Shown here: positions 24,401 to 38,075 of the stretch, piece after piece
Position numbering within the stretch: position 1 is the first letter of the stretch
Layout of the letters: every line of letters begins with the position of its first letter
Origin: Epiperipatus broadwayi
Taxonomy: Eukaryota; Animalia; Onychophora
Direction of reading: 5' to 3'
NCBI GenBank assembly: GCA_028023455.1
Contig: JAQFVV010000011.1
Location: 1,116,001-1,180,000 of the forward strand
Length of the DNA stretch: 64,000 bases
Translations under genes and position numbers: made by a program
The notes under the pieces: generated by a model
The model's database searches: none
The model's input: the letters and a program-made list of their open reading frames with translations, nothing else
Told to the model about the DNA's origin: nothing

Positions 24401-26662
24401 TGTTTATATATCTTATGATTATACAATAATTTTTAACTTTCATGTATTCCTTATTATTAAACACGCACATATATATTTTATCAATCCTTATGTTTACAAA
24501 CATTCACGATTAACACACATATATATTTCCACAATCAAGTTTTAATTTTTAAGATTTCCCTTTTTTTTTCTTTAAATAGTTTTAAACAAAGAGAGAGGGT
24601 ATTTTTAATTTTATGTAAAATATTCATTTAAACGGCTATAGTTTTAACCTTTTCTAAGCCAAATTCTCTCCCCCAAATTACTTTTAAATTAATTCGTAAA
24701 ACTTTATGAATGGAGCAGGGTTTAATTTTTCCCCAGGCTAACAGTATTTTCTTCTTTATTTTTAAAAACTCTAAACTTTTATATTAAACTTTCTTTATTA
24801 AACTTTTAACTATTTATTATCACATTGAAACGTTATGTTATTTTTATAAGAACTTTCTAATTTTAATAATTTTTAGACAAAATTATATATGTACAGATAA
24901 GATATCGGTATAATATATATATATATACGCAGAGAAAGCATAGATGACAAAAGGAAAAAGCCCAGTAATCACTATTGTTGTGAAAAGAAGAGACATATTA
25001 AAAAATGTTTAAATTTAACACTTATAAGTGTTTTAACTGTGGCCTGTCACACCATTTATCAAAGGTCTGCAAGAAAAAATGGCAAATGAAAAAAGAGAAT
25101 ATACCAATAAGGAGTGAAACAAAAAGAAGTGATAATGAATGTCATGAATGTAAATATTAGGTAAGTAAATATCTGAAATAAATTTCCATTGCTATATAAG
25201 TTGAAGTCCAAAGGAGTTAGTAAAAATTTATAGTGAAATGGACTAAAATGAATAAGAATTGTAACTTGTTAAAAAATTAGATAAAAAAATTGAATAGCCA
25301 AAGGAATGATCAAATTATGTAGCACTGGCAATATGGAACGCTCAGGAAAGTTTATAAACATACTAATTTCAGACTGGGTAATGATTCTAACTAAGGGGAA
25401 GAAAAATGTTATACAGTTATTACACAATGGACACCCCAGAATAATGTGAATAAAGGAATTAGTGTGGTCATATGTTTGGTGGCCAGAGTTAAACAATGAT
25501 ATTAGCAGATTGTTAAAAAATGTCAACTTTTCCAACAGTCGGTAAGTTCACCAGTTGAAGAATACAAGCACCTCAGGCCAAGTTCTGTTACAAGGAAAAG
25601 TGGAATTATTAATAAAGAGCCACATAGAATGCATTTATCTTTTTTAATGTTGAATAAAGTAAAAAGGAGAGATGTAAATGTAGAAAATGTCAAGTTTAAA
25701 ATAAAACAAACAGTTTGAATAAAAGAAACATCTAAGAAAAAATAGTTACCAGGAGAAATAGATAAAATAGTGTCTGCAAAAATATGAGAGATAAAATTAG
25801 AAGTGGAAAAAGTTTTGAGATGGCATATAAATCATATCAGAGAATGTCAAATTGAAATGCTAGAAGATACTACTACTACTCTGAGAGTGAATAAGAATAT
25901 TAAGATTGATGTTGCTACAAATATGGAGATGAAGGTAGAAGAAAAATCTTAAGAAAGAGAAAATTCTGGTTTAGATTTACAAGAGTTAACTACTTCCAAC
26001 AGTGAATTAACTATTCAAGAGAAGAGACCCATACCATCATCCAGAAGAGTTAGACTAGGAAGAAAACCAGTAAAGTTGCAAGATTTTATTTGCAATTAAA
26101 ACTCTGCTTATTTCTAGAATGAAGGGGAGATATCATTTTGTCTTGACTAGTTATATATATATGTGTGTGTGTGGATAAGCTGGTCAATGCAGATATTGTT
26201 GTGTCAATCTAGAAATGATTATATGCAACAAATCGAATTCAACTAACTGCAAATAATAACATTCTAATTTGAAAATTAGCAAAGTTAATAAGTTGCCTGC
26301 AAAACTTTCTAAATAAAGAGAGAATGTAAAATGGAGTGGAATCGACAAAGAAAAAAAGTAAAGTGAAAAGCAGATTAGTGAAATTCAATGTGCAGACTGC
26401 AGACATGTATTAACAGTAGAAAGAGCTCCAGTTAATTCTAATTAGACTGACTCAGAGATGTGGTGAGTAATAAGATGATTTCTAGGAATTGCTAGTGAAT
26501 GACTGTCTGAAATTACGGGAGTAAAAAAAATGAAGTTAGAGATAAGCTCTAACTTGAGAAAGATTGATTTATCTATCTACAGATGTATGAATTGTTCCAT
26601 GATCAATATTGTTTTCAATTAGCCAATTGCCAGTTTACTTACTACTCTTAATTACTAATACA
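21447..26662 (+). mobile_element. Internally deleted Ty3/gypsy LTR retrotransposon with two diverged LTRs and nested insertions
   Basis: LTRs ~21447-22284 (TG..CA) and ~26131-26662 align over their length. PPT GAATGAAGGGGAGA precedes the 3' LTR. Gag ORF 22634-22927 (YFKP...RMQSLDENIYEY...KECNF...EEML.DQ), CCHC knuckle CFNCGLSHHLSKVC (~25030-25070), integrase HHCC LHNGHP....SYVWWPELNNDI (~25420-25500) and the RRxR.RKP C-terminus. No RT domain recognised. Confidence 0.85.
23068..24895 (-). mobile_element. ~1.8 kb insertion interrupting gypsy gag, possibly a solo LTR
   Basis: Gag resumes after the insert. Ends are TGTAC...GTACA next to (TA)n tracts. Internal ACTGAACTG repeats at 24125-24215 resemble the antisense of LTR CAGTT repeats. 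No clear TSD. Confidence 0.35.
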
Positions 26663-28319
26663 CCTGGGTTTCATTTTATGCGGTAGATGGGTTTTGCAGA
26701 AAACCCGCATTAAAAAAAATCACACAAAAATAGACTTAATTTACCTTGAAAAATGAGGGATACCTGTAATTTTCAGAAATTGCATAAAAGCAAGGCAACA
26801 AAGAAAAATTACTTTAAAATTTGCATTAAAAAAAAAAGGAAATAAAGTATGACTAATAAAAAATTTCAAATATTTGAAAAAAATTGATACAAGACAAACT
26901 TTTTTTATTAACTACAGTATTTAATTTTACATTTTTTCATACATATTTTAATCATTATTGCTATTTGATAATATGCAGTTCATTTGTGAACTGGTGAGAA
27001 ATCAGATTTGTCACAAGAGTAAGTACAACTAGTGTCACCTTCAGTCTTGTGCTGTGTTAATGGTTTTCTGTCGATAATGAAATCAGTGATTAAACTTTGA
27101 GATGATGATTTTATTAATTGTTTATAAAGCTTGCGATATCCAGACATATAACTAATTTAGCTCTCATTGGAATTTAAGAGGTTGTTCATTGCAGCAAACT
27201 CTCTCAGATTTCAGCATTTTCTGATATTTTTCTTTGTCTCACACATCAACATAAAATCTATGATTTAATGATTATTACTTATCAAAAAATAATAAATTTG
27301 TCTTCATTTGATAGATATTTTTGTGTTTACTACTGAAATAAATTTTAAATGTTCACATTTTGTTTCTATATTAAAAAAATGAGATCGCAATCAAAACAAA
27401 AAGATTATACATTATCATTAGAAAGATTATTTTCAGTTTATAAAATCAACAAAATCTTCATTATGTCTAATTATTTTTAAAAATCTAAAAGAATATTTAT
27501 TTCTGTTATATCTAACAAAATGTTTTAAAAGTTTAAAATTTTTGAACATTTATTGTGATATTTTTATACTCGTAAGTATAAATCTATTATTATTATTTAC
27601 TCACAAATATAAGTAGGTTATTTACATAGAAGATAAGATTCTTAAATAGCTTTAGGCCATATTCACATTAGCTGCTAATATAACATTATATTTTTGAAAA
27701 AAAAAAAGTATTTCAAATAAAAATAAGTTATTAATAATTTAAATTTCTTGATATCTAATAAATATAGTGAAATATGAACTTCTTTATCGCATAAAAGAAA
27801 ACCTGTATAAAAAGATATTAAGAAGAAACATGAATCAAATAAATTCAAAATTGCATTTAAAAAATCCACATAAAAAAAACCCCAGGTGTATATATTATTC
27901 TGAACAAATAAACTCATTATTTATTAAAACTTGTGTGTATATGTCAATTTGAGTTATTTCATAATTGTATAGCTGCTAGATTATAGTCTGGCCCCATACA
28001 TATTAAAACCATAAAAAGTTCAAGTATTATAAGTAAATGTGGGTCTGCAATCCATGGACATTGAGTTCCAGAATCCATTACTCTATTATTACATTAAACA
28101 TTGTATTTATTGTTTTAATAAACACAAGTAAACAATTTAAAAATGCAGCATAAAATTTTTTACTTATCTGAATAAAAAAAAAGCACATTTCACATAAAAT
28201 AATAATCTCAAAAATTAATTAAAATTGGATCAAAAAAGAAAGCAAATGTTATTATTGAAATTAGTTGAAAGAGCAAAATATCATAAATCAAAGAATCCAA
28301 ATATGTCTTTTTATTTTAT

Positions 28320-29100
28320 GTCTAATAATAATATAACTTTAGAGGTTTTTTTTAATTCTTTATAGCACATTCCTCCATTTTTTTGCAGTCTTTATTCTTT
28401 ACTAATTAGTACTTGATTGTTTTCTTATTTTTTGTAATCAGTTTTTATTATGTTTTTATTATTTTGCAATTTATGATTTTTTTTATACATATATTTTGGC
28501 AATTTGTTTATTTATCTTGTTTTGTTGCCTAGAGTTTTTTTAAAACTTTTTTTAATTATATATATTTTCAGACTTTTATTACTATTTGTTGTAGCATTTC
28601 TATCCATAACTTTTTTTTTATACATCTAAATTTCTGGAAGTTTCTTTTCTCTAATTACTTAATGGATTTTTTTTTTCATGTGTCATAGCATCAGCCGGGA
28701 AGCAAACCTGCTAACCCGGGACAACTGCTTGTAAAGCAACTGTCACTGACCTCTCGATTACCGATGCTTGACTACTTAATGGATTTTTCAGGCACTTTAC
28801 TACACATTACCACATCAGTTCTTATAGGAATTAACATTTGTTTCAGATAATGAATCATCTGGAAAGCTCTCTAGCCAAAATAAATTCAATGTTCTTTACT
28901 GTTTTTGTGTAAAAGACTTCTCTAAAAAATATTACTGCTTTAAATCTTTAATAACTAACTTTTTTTTCATTATGTTATCAGTTACTTTTATTCCTTATTC
29001 AATTTATTTAAATATTTTAGAGATATTCTAAGACTAAGCAGTATGTATTTTCTTATGTTACATTCAATCTATATTTGGTAACAGCAATAATTTCTGAATC
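28320..29100 (-). mobile_element. Decayed LINE RT/3' fragment
   Basis: Minus strand SFPDD (cf. AFADD) near 28860 and a lysine-rich C-terminus. Interrupted by the SINE at 28672. Confidence 0.35.
28672..28772 (-). mobile_element. Short tRNA-derived SINE with poly(A) tail and TSD
   Basis: A-box-like and B-box-like motifs, A-tail, 16-bp TSD TACTTAATGGATTTTT at 28656-28671 and 28773-28788. Confidence 0.8.
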
Positions 29101-32100
29101 AATTTTTGAGCAATTAGCCTCGATTAGTAAAAAAAAAAAAGTACTGTCTTTCACTGAAGAAGATAATTTTGTTCAGACATCTGATATTAACTGATTACTT
29201 ATGCTTAGAAAGATGTTACTGGTATCACATGTCTTGAGAGAGTTAAATTAATGATAAGCTAACATTATATACTTAGTAGAAAAGGAAACTGGACATATCC
29301 TCTATACAATCAATCAATAGTATTCTGTCCTATGGACAGATCCAGAGAGCTGTTCTATCACAAATTCATCCATTTCACCACTCCATTCTCTTCATTGCTC
29401 AGTACTTCAATTCCATGTATGTATAGAGATACATATAGTTTAAAATATCTGACATAAATTTTTATAAGTTCTTACTGACAAAATTTTGGATAATATTCTC
29501 ATGGACATTTTTTACCATTAGTTCTACAAGATGAGTTCTAATGAGAAACATCTCAATGTTAAACGAATAATGTTATTTTATTTAGAAGATAATAAACCTT
29601 AAATAATGTTGTTGTATCCTCTTCATATCTGCAATCCAAATCAATTTTGAAACAATCTCTATTATTCCTATATAATATTCTTTCAAATCCATGTAGATGA
29701 CTACTTCATAAAAGATTCTACAGCCCAATAGATTAAGAATTAATAAAATAAACTGTTATATTGAAATTTAACTTTAAAGCAAATGCTTTTTTCATCTTAA
29801 GCTGTGAAAAAAAGAAGCGATGTTTCTCACTATTAAATATTGTTTGATGAAATGTTATTAAAGAAACCTTTCAGCATTTCTTGAAGAAAAAATTCATCAT
29901 ACATATTCATTTTACTTTGAAATGAATTATCTTAAAAATATTGCTTGAACATTGGTCACATTTAAAGTAATTTAATATAAAATGTTATACATAATGTATT
30001 ATAAATTTTTATAGATATGAATATGTTTAATGTTTTTTATTAACTCTGAAAAAGACTTGAACAGTTGAAACTGTCAGTTTAGATTTGGGTATGATAAACA
30101 AAGTAAATATAGAAAGTTTTTATTATTTATATTTACTATAATATAACACGTGTTAAAAAGACAGAAAAATGTGAATTATTTTATTACATAAAAATAATCA
30201 ATTACTCAAATAATTAATTATAGAAAAGACCTTACCTCTCGAATCCATCATTCAATTAATGCTTAAAGTGCACAGGACAAGATTTAATAAAAATATTATA
30301 CAGAATAGATTAATTTTTGTGTTTTTTTTTTTGAAAAATAAAATCAGTATTCCATATTAAAAATACTAAATATATTTGTGAATAAATGTATATGAAAGTA
30401 GTTATAAGATTGAGTTTAAACATATATAAATTTCTTCAGGCATACTTTTACATTAAGAAATTTGTTTGATAGTGTGGTGGGGATTAATACTAGGAAAACA
30501 ATTGATCAACAAAAGCTATAATTTGTATTACTTTTTATCTAATCTTTATTATATATTATTTACTATCATTTAACATTTTTATAAGCAACAATGATTTATG
30601 TATCCATACACACAAATATCTACACACATATATATTCAAATGTTTGATTTTTTATCAAATACTCACTTAACTCCACTATATTGGTGGAGAAATTCGGACA
30701 CCCTCTCTCATTATGAATGAATCCTACTATCAGCCTTTGCTCTTTAGGGGAACTAAGCTATCAACATGTTCTTCTCTATGACCATATTGATAACCCAATA
30801 TCTTTTATTATTTTATAGAATGATGAATAATCATTGTGATAGTATGAAATAGGGTGGAAGTAAGGATAGTGAAGAAATTCCATAAATGTGAATATGAACG
30901 CATTTGACTATATCACTTATACATAGACACATGCTTATGCACCATTTGTATTAGTATAAGTATAGAGACCATTAAATAATAATGAATAAAATTATATTAA
31001 TACTTACGACTAAATGTTAGACACATTATTAATGATGTAAATTATCAACATAAATCCTCATTTATGATGATGATAAAATCAAATATTTTTCAAATTTAAA
31101 TAAATTGTAATTAAATTTTACAATCTACTGGTTACATTTCCTGATTATCATTATCTCTCAAAAGAAATAAACCTAATATTAAGACAGGATCTATCCTACC
31201 ACGGATAGCTTATTTATTTACAATTATATTATTCCTCACTGATTTCTAATTGATGGAAGCAAATATCTTAAATATGATGTTGGGTAAACTTATTATATTA
31301 ATTTAATAACTATTTTAACATACCATCATGTAATATGAGGTCAAGAATTAAATATAATAGAAGAGCTATGTTTATACATAATATTAGCTGTACAAAACCA
31401 ACACTTAATAATAACAAATATATCAACTTTGACAATAGTCAAAATCAGAAAGAAATGAAAGTAGAAGCAGTATGTTGATCAGCATTAGCATTTTTAATAT
31501 ATTAAAAATATTATTTTCTATTCTCTACTTTCAAATTGGGATCATATATTATAGATATTCTTTTAGAATCATATATGATCAACAATTCTACTTTAATATT
31601 TAAACATTTCAAATAACCTATAAATCCTAATAATAGAATCTAGGTTCTTTACTTTTTAAATATATTTTAACACAGGAGAAGAATGACATTTATAAAATTT
31701 ATATATATTTAACCCACAACAGCTACAAACACTTTATCAGCCTGCACACAATTTTCATATGTTTTGATTTTCTAAAATTTTATGAATTGACTAAGTAACT
31801 ATTTCAGAAGCTGTGTATTTGTATTTTGCAAAAAAAGTAATTAGTATGTATTTTTCTAGCATAGTGTAAATATTTGTGCTTCTTGTTTCGTATCGACAGA
31901 GTTATGGGTTAGTTATACTCTAATGGTAAAGAATTTTTATTTTTTTTATTTTTTCGATCTGTGGTTATATTTTTTTACTTTTTTATACAAACCTTATATT
32001 GTTTTGGAAGTAATGCTTAAAATTATATTTAGCTGTTTTATTGATTTTAAATACTGATTTGAAACCTTAATTATGTCATAAAATAACACTCATAGACAAT

Positions 32101-32459
32101 ATCGGTTATCGGGTAGTCATTATGTTATTAAAAAACATTTAATCATTGAAAAATGCACAATAAACTTTAAGTCTGAAGTAAATCATTTTAAAATTATTTT
32201 TAATTGTTTTACTTATTTTATGCCCATTTAGAACCTGAGTTATATTATAAAATAATACTTTTCTCATGAGAAATATCAGATACCAATTGTAGCATTTACA
32301 TTATAAAAACACTTTAGTCTTTGCAAGTTAAATAAAAAATAATTTAAGAAAATGCACTCAGTATTTTTAGGCATAAAGAATAGGAATAATATTTATTTTC
32401 TTAAGGCTTTTTACACAATTTTATCAGATGCACCTGTTTTTTTTTTAATTAGTTGCTTT

Positions 32460-32566
32460 TTTTTTCATATGTCATAGCATCGGCCGGGATGCAAACCCAC
32501 AACCGTCTGCAACCAACTACTTGCTTGCATGGCAGCTGCGATACCTCTCGGCTAACAACGCAAGAC
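32460..32566 (-). mobile_element. Short tRNA-derived SINE (same family as 28672)
   Basis: TTAGCCGAGAGG A-box, GGGTTTGCATCCC B-box-like, A-tail, 14-bp TSD TAATTAGTTGCTTT at 32446-32459 and 32567-32580. Confidence 0.85.
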
Positions 32567-32700
32567 TAATTAGTTGCTTTAACACATTTTTTTAAAGATT
32601 CAATGTAAATTAAACAAAAGATTTTAACATTATATGAATAAATAACCAGAAATGTACCTGCCTGAAAGGCTATCATTCTTGTATCTGTTATATATATATA

Positions 32701-32810
32701 TTTTTTTCATATGTCATAGCATCGGCCGGGCGGCGATCCCACAGCTGTCTGCAACCAACTACTTGCTTGCAAGGCAGTTGCGATGACCTCTCGGCTAACA
32801 TGGCTTGACA
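32701..32810 (-). mobile_element. Short tRNA-derived SINE (same family)
   Basis: Same head, body and tail. 14-bp TSD TGTATCTGTTATAT at 32680-32693 and 32811-32824. Confidence 0.85.
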
Positions 32811-32951
32811 TGTATCTGTTATATTTGATATATGAATTTGGCAACATTACCAACAACTGCTTTGTAAAAAAAATATGATTTACTAATGGAGAAATTACTT
32901 CCTTGTATAAAATAGGCATTGTAATAAAAATTACTGATTGTTAAATATAAA

Positions 32952-33176
32952 AACCCATTTCAGTGCAAATAAGAGTAATCAATAGTTGCAAAAAGGTTTG
33001 TGCATAAAATCCCCATCTAGTGCCTAGTCATTCAATATCCCCAGACTAATTTCTAGCTTGTGGCCATCATCAGTGAGGAGCCTTGGATCTGAGAGCACTG
33101 CTGTATGGAGAGTTTTGCCTCTGTTGTTGCTTGATAAAGCATAAGAAATGATGATCATGTGATGTTTAGTGGTTTA
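32952..33176. mobile_element. Family B fold-back insertion with hammerhead on the minus strand
   Basis: Minus strand: CUCCUCA CUGAUGA UGGC CACAA GCUA GAAA UUAG UC^UGGGGA (core 33067-33073, cleavage at 33044). TSD ATTRTTAAATATAAA at 32937-32951 and 33177-33191. Confidence 0.85.
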
Positions 33177-34837
33177 ATTATTAAATATAAAGGATGGAAT
33201 TGCTTCCTTTGCATAAAATGCTGGTAATATAAATTATGATTTAGTTAGGTATAGTAATTTTTTTTTAAAAAAAAAAACAAATTAATTTTTTTTTTGTTTG
33301 TTTTTTCAATTATAAATTTGACAGCATTTCAGACAAATGTAAGTTTTTTTAATTGATTGTGAATTTGATATGCGGCAGCCTTAAGGACAAACATGTATAC
33401 ATTCATATTGATTATATATAGATTAATATTCAATTTTTTTTTCCATATGGGGTGGACAGTTTATGTAAGAATTTACAGATATAGTCTGGAGTTTACTTGA
33501 TTTATAGTATCAAATGTAATCAACAAATATTACTCTTCAATTTACTTGAAAGACGATTATGAATCTCTATTTTACAATAGCTTTTCATCCATACTGAATA
33601 AGGCAACATTCTGGAAGCTATGCAGATAATTTCTGAATTAGGTAAGCATATTTTTGATAAGGGCAGGCAATCCATGCTAGAACTGGAGAAAAAAACTCAT
33701 TACTTCTGGATGCTACACTGATGATGACAAAAAGGAAGATATACTTTAGGATGCCTTAGCCAGATATATAGATCAAGTTAAAATCACATGCTTGGCTAGT
33801 CATTGTTGCAATGTCGATATATTAGACTGAATTGATTAATATATTCACATAGTCAATAGACAATACAGAAATTGCACTTTTTGTCTAACAATTTAGAATA
33901 TTTTGAGGTTTATTTTTAATAATAAATTGCTATAATTTTTTCTACTTTGTTCCATTATTTTGATGCAAATTATATTTGTTTTTCTTTCCGCTTTCTTGTA
34001 TAGTTTTATTACATCCTGTCTAAAATGCTTTCCTAAAACATGTTTTCTTTAATTTATGTTATTCAGGCTACATGCGCAGAATGTTCATATTAAAAACTTT
34101 TATCCTATGGTTAGTTTTAATCATCTTTTGTTTATTTCAACAGCAATTTTAATTGCTTCTAGTTTATTTATTCCGAAAACAATTAAAGTCGACCTATCAA
34201 ATTATTACACAAACTTCAGAGTGTGATATTTATGTTCACATAATTTATGGGTTAATTAATAGTTACCAAATTAAATTTGATCTTTCAAAATATTACACGC
34301 GCGATAAACGCCCTTACATATATATTTGCATAATTTAGGATAAACTTGTTTAAATAGAAAATCTTTAAAAATTGTTATCATAAATTAGTATTAATTTAAA
34401 CAGTCTAAATCTTTAAATCTAGATATTTAACATTACAACGTATAATTAAAATTAAAACTACAAATTAAAGCTATTTGTATTTCCAAGCCCCCTTCCCTCG
34501 AATTTAATCAGAAAGTCAATTTTTCAATTTGCAAAGTACATTAATTGATTTTCCTAATTCATTATTTTCATTTATTTTACTGAAATAAATGGCTATTTCA
34601 ACTCTACCAGAATATATGTCTAAATATATATACTTTACATTATTTAATTAAACAATGATTTTTTTGGGTTTTTAATCATTTTATTTATTACTTTTTTTTC
34701 CTCATATGAAATAATATTGATATGATTATTCAAAGTTAGATTAATTTTCTAATTTATTATTATTTCTCAACATAAATTAACCTGCACATATCTATCTACC
34801 TCGTGATTGGATTCACGGTCATTACAATACATATGTA

Positions 34838-35508
34838 TAATCTATAATATTAATAAGCCAATAAGCTGATATACACATGCGCTTTGCAGATGTCACTATA
34901 TAAATGAATACTCCCACTTTTTCAAACCCAAGATAAAGTCTTTAAGAAAATATAGAATGAATCCACCTATATTTTCGACCCAACCGTATATGTATGGGCG
35001 AATCTGAAGTGTTTGAAATGAAGAGCGTGAAGTTATTAATTGATCACTTTAAATTACTTTTCTACATCGTAAATGAATGACGCCAATGAAATTTCTAGAA
35101 TTTATGATACGTCATTCTTATAATTAAACATATGTAAACAAGACATTTATTTTCTTATATAGCGCTTTGTTCTATAATCTATAATATTAATAAGCCAATA
35201 AGAATGACGTATCATAAATTCTAGAAATTTCATTGGCGTCATTCATTTACGATGTAGAAAAGTAATTTAAAGTGATCAATTAATAACTTCACGCTCTTCA
35301 TTTCAAACACTTCAGATTCGCCTATACATATACAGTTGGGTCAAAAATATAGGTGGATTCATTCTATATTTTCTTAAAGACTTTATCTTGGGTTTGAAAA
35401 AGTGGGAGTATTCATTTATATAGTGACATCTGCAAAGCGCATGTGTATATCAGCTTATTGGCTTATTAATATTATAGATTATAGAACAAAAACATCGCGC
35501 TATATAAG
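34838..35508. repeat. Near-perfect ~284-bp inverted repeat (fold-back) with flanking 12-bp direct repeat
   Basis: ~34836-35119 and ~35200-35483 are reverse complements with only a few mismatches. AATACATATGTA occurs at 34826-34837 and 35509-35520. Confidence 0.9.
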
Positions 35509-36260
35509 AATACATATGTATGTATGAGTGTATTATATTTTTGCCTATACTAAACTAAACTGGTGCATAAAATTCTTCTAAAACTTACAAAAATATAAAT
35601 TGAATTTATATAATTTTTATAATGCAGAACCTATATACATATTTATACTTGTAATAATAATAATGATATCTTATTCATATATATATACAATTACCTTTGA
35701 AAAGTCTTTTTGATACATAAACTTTACAAAATCTTCTCAAAAATAAATTCTGGTAACTCATATTATAAGTATCAAATGTGGTGTCTTGATTGGTTGTTAA
35801 CGTTGGAGATTTTCATAATCTATAATTCAAAAACTTTTATTAACTGAATCAAATTACAATATATTGCTTTGATCTATTGTTTTAATTATTACTGTATAAA
35901 GCTTTGTTCTCTTATAAATATAAGTATAATCTGTATCTTAAACTTTTATATTGGTATTTTAAAAAATAATCTTACATAACACATACTATGGATCACAAAA
36001 TTAATGTTTATCGAAATTTCAGCAGAGTTTGAGTTTAAAATAAGAGTGAAGGAAAATTTATTGAAATCTTTAAAAATTTACCCTCTCCCCCAAGGGTTTA
36101 CCTGCGGTGTATTACGTTTTTTATGTTTTATTTAAATTAGTGTTTTTTAATCTATCTGTCTAGATAAAATTTTGTAACTCAATTTTAATTACTTCTCAGT
36201 ATCATTGATTGCATTATTTTGAATGACAATACATTTTTTTAAGTGTCTACAAACAGTTTT

Positions 36261-36546
<286 letters not shown>

Positions 36547-37799
36547 GTTATACTGTAATGGTACAGAATCAGATGTGAATTTGAGATAAATATGGGGAAA
36601 TGGAAAACCTACTATCATCCATTTTTAACAAATATAAAATGTATGAAAAATGAATATAGAATAAATAAATATAGAATAAGTAGAGTCAGCAAAAACAAAC
36701 CATAAGTAGTTATAGCAACTATACTTAAAATAATAAACTCTCCAGTATTAAAGAGGAATAATAAATCATTCATCATCAGGACCAATAAACAAGAAAATCA
36801 ATCAATAATCAACTGTCAATCTTGTTATTGGATTTAAAAAGACCCACTATAGTTAGGCTAATTATCTAACCATTGCCAATCTATGGGAAAAATATAACAT
36901 AATTATTTGAATGCACATACTTAAGTGCTAATCTATTATAATAAAAAAACATACTGGGATACAGAAACATGCTGATCATCATCAATGCTCTAGCCACATA
37001 GTACCATCAATGTACTGGCCAACTATAAATTTAATTTCTAATAAAAAATATATAATATGTAGTGCATGGACATTAAAGATAATACTTTTGTGCCTTCTGG
37101 GATTATCATCTGGATGTCCAAATACCAACATAAACCCTCGCATACATATCAACCAATCATTATGCTTTCTTATATCTCAGGAAGCAAGAACTTTAGTAAT
37201 TGAGATTGTAAACAAGAGAAAATAATCAACATATAATATTTTAAAACTATTTTAATATGAAATAAAGTCTCTGGGATAATTTAAAACAATGATATATACA
37301 TTTATTAATTAGAAACAATAAAATCAAACAAAAGATCTGTTAAGTACACTATAAATATTCTGATTTTGATTAAAAATAATAAAAAATATGCTATAACATT
37401 GTAATTTACAGATATTTTAATGTTAACATGAAACACATCTATATAAGCACACAGAAGTGCCTGTATAATAATATAAAATTAATATTTTTGAATTGTCAAT
37501 AAATTAATAAAAAATTAATTCATTTTAATGAGATATACATGACTGACTTTAACATATATGGTTATTCATGCAATTGTGTGCACACACTGGAGTTTATATC
37601 CTAATGATATTTCATTCATCAATAATAAATTATTAAATCCATATTATTATGTTTACACAAGACATAATTAAATCAACATTGAAAATATATATAAAACAAA
37701 TGCACATGTGTGTGTATTCTAATGTAAAATAAAATAGATAGTATGAATTTTAAATATTCTTAAAAATCAAAATTAGTAATACATTATTTCTTAAAATTT

Positions 37800-38075
37800 A
37801 ATTAGAAAGGATTTGAACTCATATGTTCAAGCTTCCAACAGTTACCCACTCCATCTTATACAACTGATGCACATGACCACATACATGTGAAAAAGATCTG
37901 AACCAGCACTCATCAGTTGGTCCAGCACAAAATATGTATATTGGAAATCATTTATTTTTTCATATGTATGTGGTCATGTGTATTGGTTGTATAAGATGGA
38001 ATGGATGGATGTGGAAAGCTCGGAAATCTGGGTTTAAATCTTTTCTAATTACATGAATTTCAGTATAGACAATAT
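37800..38075. mobile_element. Family A fold-back copy with micro-inverted ribozyme core
   Basis: Arms 37805-37895 and 37945-38045 are inverted. The central 37898-37924 is the reverse complement of tggaccaaCTGATGAgtgctggttcag. Confidence 0.75.

Noticed and set aside
29770-30290. Minus-strand splice-like sites (ATGATGGATTCGAGAG|GTAAGG; polypyrimidine CAG at ~29800)
   Set aside because: Joining them gives an immediate stop. No coding gene model is supported, though a non-coding or UTR exon cannot be excluded without RNA data.
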